Source: Candidatus Staskawiczbacteria bacterium (GTDB lineage Bacteria; Patescibacteriota; Minisyncoccia; Minisyncoccales; Staskawiczbacteraceae). From it: a stretch of DNA of 64,000 nt. The position numbers and the translations under genes were made by a program. The notes under the pieces were generated by a model. The model made no database searches, had not been told where the DNA came from, and saw nothing but the letters and a program-made list of their open reading frames with translations. Shown piece after piece: positions 56,574 through 64,000 of the stretch (position 1 is the stretch's first letter; every line of letters begins with the position of its first letter). Location of the stretch: positions 16,920-80,919 of the forward strand of contig CAILLM010000002.1 in assembly GCA_903835075.1 (NCBI GenBank). The letters run 5' to 3'.

Positions 56574-57050
56574 ATGAAAACATATTTTCAAATATTATTA
56601 TTAATAATCATGGTGATTATTTTAATATATTTATTTTTTATTTTATCTGATAGGATATTGTCTCCGGCAACACCCCAGAATAGAAATAGCAGTATATGTT
56701 TCGGAGAAAAATGTTTTTTTGTAGAGATTGCAAAAACTTCAGCAGAAAGGGAAAAGGGGTTGATGTATAGAAATTTATTGGCCAAAGATAGGGGCATGCT
56801 TTTTATTTTTGATAAAGAGGGAATATACCCATTTTGGATGAAAAACACTTTAATTCCTTTAGACATAATTTGGATAGATTCTAACAACAAGGTTGTTTTT
56901 ATTGCTAATAATGTCCAACCATGTAAAAATTTAATTTGTCCAATAACTAATCCTTTAGTTTCGGCGAAATATGTTTTGGAAATAAATGCTAATATTGCAA
57001 AAACAATAGGGATAAAAACGGGCGACCAGATGGTAATAAATATAAAATAA
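56574..57050 (+). CDS. DUF192 domain protein
   Basis: GLMYR...GMLFIF...FWMKNTLIPLDIIWID signature. Confidence 0.8.
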   Translation: MKTYFQILLLIIMVIILIYLFFILSDRILSPATPQNRNSSICFGEKCFFVEIAKTSAEREKGLMYRNLLAKDRGMLFIFDKEGIYPFWMKNTLIPLDIIWIDSNNKVVFIANNVQPCKNLICPITNPLVSAKYVLEINANIAKTIGIKTGDQMVINIK

Positions 57051-57158
57051 ATTTAGAGCATTGACGTGCAATTTTGTGGTATAATATATTAACCAAGTTG
57101 ATTAGCTTGGCAAAGGTCGATTTTAAAGAATAATTTATTAATTAATTTGTAAAATCGA

Positions 57159-57359
57159 ATGAAATTTAAAACATTAGATCTAGTTGCTTTAATATTGGTT
57201 ATAATTGGAGGATTGAATTGGTTGTTGGTTGCATTTGGGTATAATTTGGTTACCTTGATTTTCGGAACAGTGCCAACATTAGAGGCCACAGTTTACGTTT
57301 TAGTTGGATTGTCTGCAGTTTATTTGGCAGTTGTAATGCCAAAATTGGGAAGAAATTAG
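57159..57359 (+). CDS. DUF378 small membrane protein
   Basis: IIGGLNWLLVAFGYNLV motif. 66 aa. Confidence 0.75.
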   Translation: MKFKTLDLVALILVIIGGLNWLLVAFGYNLVTLIFGTVPTLEATVYVLVGLSAVYLAVVMPKLGRN

Positions 57360-57411
57360 AAATTAGTAAAACAAAAAACCCGCATAAGCGGGTTTTTTGT
57401 TGTTTATAAAT

Positions 57412-58761
57412 TCAATATAAGTATCCCCAAGTTTGAAGTTTGTCAGAATCTTCATACCAGCCTAACCCTATGTCGGTTCTGTAGAACATATTTTGCAATA
57501 AAATATTATCTATTCTACTATATGCTTGTTTTCTGGCGTCCTCAACAGTTATGCCGTTTCCTGTTACTATTAAATCATATCCCATATTTCCTGCAATTCT
57601 CCAGCTTCCGTCAATAAGTTTGATATCTCCTAAATGAACTCCCTCTAAATTTGGCTTTTTAAAAATAATAGATAAATCTCGATAAATTCCTGCTTCAGTC
57701 GGCTCGTCATATGGCCACGGTGGTGTGGCGCAAACAACACCAACTTGAAACCCTTTTTTGGTTTTTAGATCATAGTTTTCTCCTTTGGCAATTTTATATA
57801 AAAAGTCGCCCCACTCAGAAATGACTCCTTCCATTTGTATGGATATGGTTGGGTAGCCAAACCTAGTTGTGAATTCTAGCGGATAAATACCTCTACCATT
57901 TGCGATACAATTAATATCAATATATCCCACATACCCCGATTTCTTAATATCTTCTTTCATTTTCTCTAAGGTAGTTCGGAATATTGTATTAGGACCTGAC
58001 CAATACATTAAAGTCCCCATTTCTCCAGTAAAGGGCCCAATATCTCCTGGGAAAAGCTTTTTATGTTCAAAATTAATATTTATAGGATAAATAAAATCAT
58101 TCCCATTAAAAAAAGCCCCAACTGCAATTTCAACGCCTTGTGCGAATTTTTGAATTTGGAACTGTTTAACTTTTTTCTCTAAAATATTTCTGTTGGATCG
58201 TAATATCTCATGGATGTCTTTTCCATCTTCATCTTTCCCTAGAAATAATAACCCTTTTGAATTTGAAGGAGTAAATCCAGACGGCTTAAACGCATATCTT
58301 CCTGGATTTTCTTCAATAAATTTTAATGCTAAGTCATAATCTGTAAAATCCCAGTGGGGAAGGGTTAACATCCCAACTCTTTTCATTTCTGCTTGGCCAA
58401 ATTCTCTGTCCTCTTCTAATTTATCAGTATATGAGCTTCCCCCAACTACAAATTTTCCAGCTTTTCTTAATTCATCAGCTGTTTGCCCAAATCCTACGTC
58501 ATCTAATACAATTACATCAGCCCAATCAATATGTTTTTTCCAGTCATCAACTTTTTCTAAAAATCCATCATAAACATCTTTATCTTTTTCAGATTTTACA
58601 TAAATTTTTACTTCATGACCTTCTTTTTTAACTTGCCATGCCAAATCTCCTGATAAGCTTTCCCAGCTCACAAATAAAAATTTTCTTATTTGTTTCTCAA
58701 CCAATGGCAAAATATTTTTTCCGTTTCCGTTTCCGTTGCCATTACCATTTTCGTTGCTCAT
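57412..58761 (-). CDS. ATP-grasp protein, PurD (phosphoribosylamine-glycine ligase)-like
   Basis: 449 aa. N-terminal (NG)5 low-complexity tract from a hexanucleotide repeat. General PurD-like layout. Confidence 0.5.
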   Translation of the reverse strand: MSNENGNGNGNGNGKNILPLVEKQIRKFLFVSWESLSGDLAWQVKKEGHEVKIYVKSEKDKDVYDGFLEKVDDWKKHIDWADVIVLDDVGFGQTADELRKAGKFVVGGSSYTDKLEEDREFGQAEMKRVGMLTLPHWDFTDYDLALKFIEENPGRYAFKPSGFTPSNSKGLLFLGKDEDGKDIHEILRSNRNILEKKVKQFQIQKFAQGVEIAVGAFFNGNDFIYPININFEHKKLFPGDIGPFTGEMGTLMYWSGPNTIFRTTLEKMKEDIKKSGYVGYIDINCIANGRGIYPLEFTTRFGYPTISIQMEGVISEWGDFLYKIAKGENYDLKTKKGFQVGVVCATPPWPYDEPTEAGIYRDLSIIFKKPNLEGVHLGDIKLIDGSWRIAGNMGYDLIVTGNGITVEDARKQAYSRIDNILLQNMFYRTDIGLGWYEDSDKLQTWGYLY

Positions 58762-58767
58762 GTTTAA

Positions 58768-59184
58768 TTAAAGGTATTTTTCGTCGTAGGTTTTATAAGC
58801 AACCTGCAACTCTTCACCTTTTTTTATTTTTCTTAAAGTAATAAAATTTTCTCCGTCATCTGTTGTTTTGATGTTTGGAGTTTTTGAATCATTTAAATAG
58901 TAAGAAATGTCCATTCCATTTAATCCAGATTCTGATATCCATACTGATTTATCTTTATGAATAACAAAAAAACTGTCTACCAAGGGCAAAATTTCTTTTT
59001 TTAACCCTTTCAATTCTTTCATATCAAATTTAAGCCATTTTTGTTTTTTATTTCCAAAAAATGGGTTTATTCCTTTGGGAATATCCCTTACTGCAAAAAT
59101 TCCAACACCTTCAATTTTTGAAGGCATTAATCTACAATAAGTATTTTTTAATTTCTCTAAAAGTTTTTGTTTTTCTGTTGCCAT
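58768..59184 (-). CDS. SET-domain protein
   Basis: YLNDSKTPNI (NHSxxPN-like) and KKGEELQVAY motifs. 138 aa. Confidence 0.6.
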   Translation of the reverse strand: MATEKQKLLEKLKNTYCRLMPSKIEGVGIFAVRDIPKGINPFFGNKKQKWLKFDMKELKGLKKEILPLVDSFFVIHKDKSVWISESGLNGMDISYYLNDSKTPNIKTTDDGENFITLRKIKKGEELQVAYKTYDEKYL

Positions 59185-59290
59185 AAATTTTTTTATTTAT
59201 TTTTTTTATTGTATCACTATAAAAAAATAATGCAAAAAAATTATAAAAAAATAACCCCCAAAAAGGGGATTATTTCTAAAATTCATAGAA

Positions 59291-59470
59291 TTACCTGCTG
59301 AATTTTGGAGGTCTTTTTTTAGACCAGCATTCTCTGCAATAGATTGGTCTGTCAGGAGCTGGTTCAAAAGGAAGCTCTGTAATTTCTACTCCGCATTCGG
59401 AGCATTTCCAGTTTCCTTTGACAGGCTCTCTTCTTACAAAACCTCCACTGTTGTTGTTTCTGTCGAACAT
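59291..59470 (-). CDS. 59-aa CxxC...CxxC zinc-ribbon protein (hand-translated)
   Basis: MFDRNNNSGGFVRREPVKGNWKCSECGVEITELPFEPAPDRPIYCRECWSKKRPPKFSR. The DRPIYCREC motif matches the C-termini of the 41093 and 42943 proteins. A perfect promoter lies upstream. Confidence 0.7.
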   Translation of the reverse strand: MFDRNNNSGGFVRREPVKGNWKCSECGVEITELPFEPAPDRPIYCRECWSKKRPPKFSR

Positions 59471-59557
59471 TTTTTGTTTCTTTTATGGGCACGCGCCCAA
59501 TAAATAGTAAAACGACCTTTCTAATAGGTCGTTTAGCCGACTTATTAGCTTGTTTTT

Positions 59558-59586
59558 ATTATACTTTACTTATGAACTCATGTCAA
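59558..59586 (-). promoter_or_regulatory. Perfect consensus sigma-70 promoter
   Basis: On the - strand: TTGACA, 17 nt spacer, TATAAT, about 85 nt upstream of the zinc-ribbon ORF. Confidence 0.75.
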
Positions 59587-59651
59587 GTGCATAAATAAAA
59601 AAAGAGCCGTTGATTTCGGGATCAACGGCATAACGAAAAAACGTGAAGTTA

Positions 59652-59966
59652 TTAGAATGGCGTGGCACCGGCTTTTGGCTCCTCTATTGCTTCAAAATTG
59701 GCAACTTCAAGTTCGGTGAGAGGTCGACAAAAACGCACTGGGAAACGAATATTACAGTCTCCTCCGCCTTCCAATAAATGACCAACGTAACAGCATTCAA
59801 CTCGACTGTGAAATGCCACGGGGGTGTCTTGTTTGAAAGCAATGGACTTGTTCATCGAAATAGATGCTGTATTCGCCATTACTACGCCGACGTCATTCAG
59901 ATTTATTAAGTGACGAAGTCTTTGTGCTGCCTCACGTGGGCCTATAGAATCTGATTCGGTTTGCAT
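59652..59966 (-). CDS. Hypothetical protein (GC-rich islet)
   Basis: 104-aa ORF. Promoter TTGACA, 16 nt spacer, TAATAT at 60002-60029. Terminator hairpin at 59606-59629. Confidence 0.55.
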   Translation of the reverse strand: MQTESDSIGPREAAQRLRHLINLNDVGVVMANTASISMNKSIAFKQDTPVAFHSRVECCYVGHLLEGGGDCNIRFPVRFCRPLTELEVANFEAIEEPKAGATPF

Positions 59967-60090
59967 TTTATTTTCAAGGTTACAATTGATACAGATATTT
60001 TATATTATATTTTTACGTGTTTATGTCAAGCCTTTTAATTATTTGGTTAAAGGGTAGAATGAAGTATAAATACAATTAACAAATATATAT

Positions 60091-60540
60091 ATGAAAAAAG
60101 AAATTTGGTTATTAGGTGTGTTAGGTTTAATAATGGTAATTTTGCTCTGCATTTTATTTTTTGTCCCCGCAAAAAAAACACAAGCACCCCAGCCAACACA
60201 AAATAAGCCAGTTGTTGTTGTCGAAGGTATACAAATTATTTCTCCTAAGTTGAATGAAGAAGTTGCTTCGCCAATAAAAATTTCAGGAATAGTTACAGGG
60301 AATGGGTGGAGCGGTTTTGAGGGGCAAGTTGGAGTAGTTGAAGTAAGGGATTTGAAAGGTATGAGTGGGGCTGTTTTGAAGGCAATGACAGATTGGACGG
60401 TTTTGCCTACAAGTTTTGAAGCAACTGTAACTTTAAATAAAATAATCTCTGGGCCAATAACCTTGGTTTTTCATAATGAAAATCCAAGTGGCGACCCCGC
60501 AAAAGACAAAACATTTTCTTTACCTATTAAAATAAAATGA
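60091..60540 (+). CDS. Secreted Gmad2-like Ig-fold protein
   Basis: Signal/TM segment, then SPIKISGIVTGNGWSGFEGQVGVVEVRD, typical of the Gmad2 domain. Confidence 0.5.
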   Translation: MKKEIWLLGVLGLIMVILLCILFFVPAKKTQAPQPTQNKPVVVVEGIQIISPKLNEEVASPIKISGIVTGNGWSGFEGQVGVVEVRDLKGMSGAVLKAMTDWTVLPTSFEATVTLNKIISGPITLVFHNENPSGDPAKDKTFSLPIKIK

Positions 60541-61679
60541 ATTTTAAAATATTAAAAAAATCAAACAAAAGTAAAGCAAGGTTGGGATTTTTAGAAACAG
60601 AACATGGAATTGTTGAAACGCCATGTTTGGTGCCAGTTGCAACACAAGCGGTTGTTAAAACCTTAGAAAGTAAAGAAGTTGAAGAAACAAAATCTCAAAT
60701 TTTAATTTCTAATACCTTTCATTTGCATCTAAAACCCGGTGAGAAAGTAGTTGATAAGGCTGGAGGAATTCATAAATTTATGAATTGGAAAAAGCCTTTA
60801 ATGACAGATTCTGGTGGATATCAAGTTTTTTCTTTAGGTTTTGGAACAGATTATGGTTTGGGTAGTAAAATATTGAAAAAAGAGCAGGAAGAGGGTGTAT
60901 CCATAAAAGTAAACGCCCAGCCTAATAAAATGAAAATAAGTCATGACGGCGTAACTTTTCGCTCACCAATAAATGGGGACACTTTATTCATTGGCCCAAA
61001 AGAATCAATTAAAATACAAGAAAAAATTGGTGCTGATATTATTTTTTCTTTTGACGAGTGTACAGCTCCCTTGGCTGAATATGAATATGTTAAAAAATCT
61101 TTAGAAAAGACCCATAAATGGGCAGAAATTTGCCTTAAGATCAAGAAATCTAAGCAAGCTCTTTATGGAATTGTTCAAGGTTCTAAATTTAAAGATTTGA
61201 GAATAGAAAGTGCAAAAGTTATTGGAGCCATGGATTTTGACGGGTTTGGAATTGGGGGTGAATTTGGAAATGATAAAAAGAAAATGGGTGAAATGATTGG
61301 TTGGGTGGTTGATGAATTGCCAGAAAAAAAGCCAAGGCATTTATTGGGGGTGGGTTATTTAGAGGACATGGAGTTAATTATAAAATCTGGTGCTGACACT
61401 TTTGATTGTACGGTTCCAACTCATTATGCTAGGCGTGGAATTGCTTTTACCAGTAAAGGTAAATTAAATTTAAAACAAACAAAATTTTTGAACAAAAATG
61501 AGTCCTTAGACAAGGGATGTGTTTGCTATGTGTGTCAAAATTATAAAAAAGACTACATTTGCCACTTGCTTAAAGCGGGGGAGATAACAGGTATGAAACT
61601 TCTAACTTTTCACAATTTATTTTATTTCAACACCTTTGTAGAAGAAATTAGAAACAAAATAAAGCGTGGCGAAATATAA
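60537..61679 (+). CDS. tgt: tRNA-guanine transglycosylase
   Basis: TDSGGYQVFSL, LLGVG, DTFDCTVPT and a CxCxxC zinc site. Confidence 0.92.
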   Translation: MNFKILKKSNKSKARLGFLETEHGIVETPCLVPVATQAVVKTLESKEVEETKSQILISNTFHLHLKPGEKVVDKAGGIHKFMNWKKPLMTDSGGYQVFSLGFGTDYGLGSKILKKEQEEGVSIKVNAQPNKMKISHDGVTFRSPINGDTLFIGPKESIKIQEKIGADIIFSFDECTAPLAEYEYVKKSLEKTHKWAEICLKIKKSKQALYGIVQGSKFKDLRIESAKVIGAMDFDGFGIGGEFGNDKKKMGEMIGWVVDELPEKKPRHLLGVGYLEDMELIIKSGADTFDCTVPTHYARRGIAFTSKGKLNLKQTKFLNKNESLDKGCVCYVCQNYKKDYICHLLKAGEITGMKLLTFHNLFYFNTFVEEIRNKIKRGEI

Positions 61680-61712
61680 CTTAAAAGCGCCCCTAAATGG
61701 GGTGCTTTTTGA

Positions 61713-62726
61713 TTATTCTTCGGTGCCTGCCTGCTTGGTAGGCATGTTGTGAGACTTAGAGTTAACTTCGTAGTTTGTGTTTTGAGCTTCAAAAAAGTTA
61801 ACTAATTCATAAACATCTGTTGCCGTGCTCATCCATTTTGCAGGATTTGTTGCATTGTAGTGTGGAGCAAATCCCAATTCTTCCATTCTTCTGTCAGCAA
61901 CATATTGCACATATTGATTAACATAATCTGCATTTAGTCCCAAAATTCCTCTTGGAAATAAGTTTTTGTTATATTCGGTTTCTAAATCAACGCCCTTAAT
62001 AATTATTTGTTTAATTTCTTCAGCAAATTCTGCAGAAACTATTTCCGGATTTTCTTCAAGCAAAGTTAAAACCAAATTAATGCCAAATTTTAAGTGTAAA
62101 CTTTCGTCGCGTAAAACCCAATTTATCATTGAAGCTAAGTTTCGTAATTTATTTCTTTGCCTAAAAGAAAGCATAACCATAAATCCCGAATAAAACCAAA
62201 CCCCCTCCATAACAATGTTGTAAGCTGCAAGGTTTCTAATAAAATCTTTTTTACCTTCAATTGTTGTTACATCATAAGTGTCTTCGGTCATTCTAGCCAC
62301 ATAATCATTAATATAATCTTCTTTAGCCTTCATTGATGGCGTAGTAATATGTGTTTCATATATCTTAGTTCTATCTAGTGGTAAAGTTTCTAAAACATAT
62401 TCAAAGGCAACGCAGTGGTTGGCCTCTTCCCACATTTGTTTTGCCAAGTACAAGTGGCACTCAGCAGATTTCAAATAAGGGTAAACGCCCAAAGCTAAAA
62501 CCCTATTAACAACTAATTCTGCAGGATTAAAAAATGACATGACAAATTCAACTGCATATTTTTCGTCATCAGTCATTGTTGCCCAATCCTCTAAGTCTTC
62601 TTTTAGCGGTATCTCATGGGGGTACCAAGTGTTTGCAATAGCTTGGTCATATAATTCTCTTGCCCAAGGATATAAAGATGGGTGAATGTTATAATCTTTT
62701 GGTGATGCTTTTCCTATAAGTGCCAT
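61713..62726 (-). CDS. nrdB: Class I ribonucleotide reductase beta subunit
   Basis: Ferritin-like di-iron motifs (EEANHCVAF, MEGVWFYSGF, RDESLH). Confidence 0.92.
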   Translation of the reverse strand: MALIGKASPKDYNIHPSLYPWARELYDQAIANTWYPHEIPLKEDLEDWATMTDDEKYAVEFVMSFFNPAELVVNRVLALGVYPYLKSAECHLYLAKQMWEEANHCVAFEYVLETLPLDRTKIYETHITTPSMKAKEDYINDYVARMTEDTYDVTTIEGKKDFIRNLAAYNIVMEGVWFYSGFMVMLSFRQRNKLRNLASMINWVLRDESLHLKFGINLVLTLLEENPEIVSAEFAEEIKQIIIKGVDLETEYNKNLFPRGILGLNADYVNQYVQYVADRRMEELGFAPHYNATNPAKWMSTATDVYELVNFFEAQNTNYEVNSKSHNMPTKQAGTEE

Positions 62727-62902
62727 AATTTTTTATTGAGCAATAAATTATTTTCGCTCGGCAGTCAATTTTCTTCGCTTGGCAATAAAATTTTTCTGCG
62801 AGGAGAGCCTCTCTACGGGGCACCCTCTTCTCGAAAAAGTTCATTACCTCGCTACGAATTAATCGCCTTGCTTCAAATTTATTGTCTTGCTTTTATTTAA
62901 TT

Positions 62903-64000
62903 TTACTGACAACTGTCGCAAACAAATTTTTCTTGTGGATCTTCTGGGCTTCGAGGAGCAGAAACCTTGGCCATTATTGCTTCATATTCTGCAGGGTCTT
63001 GTTCGGGTATTCCAACTGCTCCCTTGTCCGCCGAAACTTTAGTGAAGGCGGAAAATCCAACTCTGCCCATTTTTTCTCTCTTATTCACTGACACTGTGCT
63101 TTGCTCTGCGGTATGTCTTGGTTTCATATGAAGATAATAGGTGGTTTTTAAACCTTTTTTCCAGGCTGCGCTGTATATATCCATAATTTCTTCTGTTATT
63201 CTGGTTTCTAGATACATATTTCTAGACAATGCTTGATCAACCCATTTTTGCGCACGAGCAGCAATTTCTACAAATGCATATGGGGAAGTAGTAAAAGCTG
63301 ATTTATATCTTTTCTTTAATTCTTGAGGTATTTTTTCAATACTTAAAATATCTCCTTGTTTTTCAACAATTTCATTTCTTACTTCATCCCAAATTTTTAT
63401 TTCTTTTAAGTCGTTAACTAGATTGTGATTTATATCTAAATATTTTCCAGATATTTTATTTCTAGAAAATACTTGAGCAAATCTAGGGTCGATTCCAGGA
63501 GTAGTTCCGGCCAAAAGTCCAATGTTTGCATTTGGTGCTACTGCCATTAATGTAGCATTTCTCATTCCTTGTTGAACTTTCTTTTTTAAATCAGCCCAAT
63601 TGATTTTAAGTTCTTGTGCGTGGCTAGTTTTATCTAAATCTAAACTTTCCCCCCTTGAGTTTTCTAATTGTTGTATTGTATCAAATGGCACTAACCCGCG
63701 AGACCACCCCGATCCAACAAAATTTTTGTAACTGCCACGTTCTTGTGCTAAGTTAGCGCTTTCATCTATGGCAACATAGCTTATAAATTCAAAAATCTTA
63801 TCTGCCATTTCAAATGTTTTTTCATCTTCATATCCTAATCTGAGTAATTCAACGGCCTCAGAAAAACCCATAACGCCCAAACCTATTGCTCTGTTTTCTT
63901 TGTCTGATTTTACAGCTTCTGGTATTGGCAATAAGTTGATGTCTATTAAGTTATCTAATTGCCTTACCGCTAATCTTGTGGTTGCTTCAAGTTTTTCCCA
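62903..64000 (-). CDS. nrdA: Ribonucleotide reductase alpha subunit, C-terminal part (gene continues beyond the window)
   Basis: LMAVAPNANIGLLAGTTPGIDP, TTYYLHMKPR and a C-terminal CDSCQ tail. Adjacent to nrdB. Confidence 0.85.
   Translation of the reverse strand, partial: WEKLEATTRLAVRQLDNLIDINLLPIPEAVKSDKENRAIGLGVMGFSEAVELLRLGYEDEKTFEMADKIFEFISYVAIDESANLAQERGSYKNFVGSGWSRGLVPFDTIQQLENSRGESLDLDKTSHAQELKINWADLKKKVQQGMRNATLMAVAPNANIGLLAGTTPGIDPRFAQVFSRNKISGKYLDINHNLVNDLKEIKIWDEVRNEIVEKQGDILSIEKIPQELKKRYKSAFTTSPYAFVEIAARAQKWVDQALSRNMYLETRITEEIMDIYSAAWKKGLKTTYYLHMKPRHTAEQSTVSVNKREKMGRVGFSAFTKVSADKGAVGIPEQDPAEYEAIMAKVSAPRSPEDPQEKFVCDSCQ

Noticed and set aside
62727-62902. Degenerate short direct repeats and a small palindrome in the nrdA-nrdB spacer (ttcgct(c/t)ggca... 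twice; gagagcctctc)
   Set aside because: They are too short and degenerate to distinguish from chance without a genome-wide search. The palindrome is probably one more copy of the GC-rich mini-hairpin class plus a normal intergenic leader.

Overview
This is an AT-rich, gene-dense bacterial chromosome segment. Its gene content and style fit a Candidate Phyla Radiation (Patescibacteria/Parcubacteria-like) genome; that placement is inference. The genetic code is standard: prfB is present and carries the classic CUU UGA C +1 frameshift site.

Housekeeping genes I can support:
- dnaG and rpoD
- obg, an FTR-like reductase and thioredoxin
- uppP, typA, an RRM RNA-binding protein, an Nramp transporter and a DEAD-box helicase
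- a PIF1-like helicase
- a complete F1Fo ATP synthase operon (atpBEFHAGDC)
- prfB, ftsE and ftsX
- tgt and nrdAB
- four tRNAs: Asn-GTT, Gly-CCC, Thr-CGT and Gln-CTG

I found no rRNA genes and no CRISPR array.

Most interesting locus: 47.9-52.0 kb, next to tRNA-Gln.
- It holds a retron-type reverse transcriptase. The RT gene is preceded by a perfect 15-bp a1/a2-like inverted repeat that brackets about 115 nt.
- The RT is fused to a roughly 190-aa C-terminal domain with a PLD-like HxR-x4-D motif.
- A large serine recombinase and a DNA methyltransferase follow.
- The methyltransferase reading frame runs directly into a 5'-truncated inositol monophosphatase gene.

Other unusual layers:
1. Short GC-rich palindromic elements occur in intergenic DNA and also in-frame inside conserved genes (uppP, obg, atpG, prfB, PIF1 helicase, an SGNH hydrolase).
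2. About ten GC-rich islets of small orphan genes sit between AT-rich core genes. Each has its own consensus promoter, and three share an identical 14-mer. Some contain tandem paralogs. One is inserted antisense inside the atp operon between two copies of a ~90-bp repeat.
3. Two tandem ~560-aa Cys-rich zinc-ribbon paralogs have homogenised 3' ends.
4. Two small GIY-YIG ORFs are present, one bounded by 19-bp inverted repeats directly in front of atpB.
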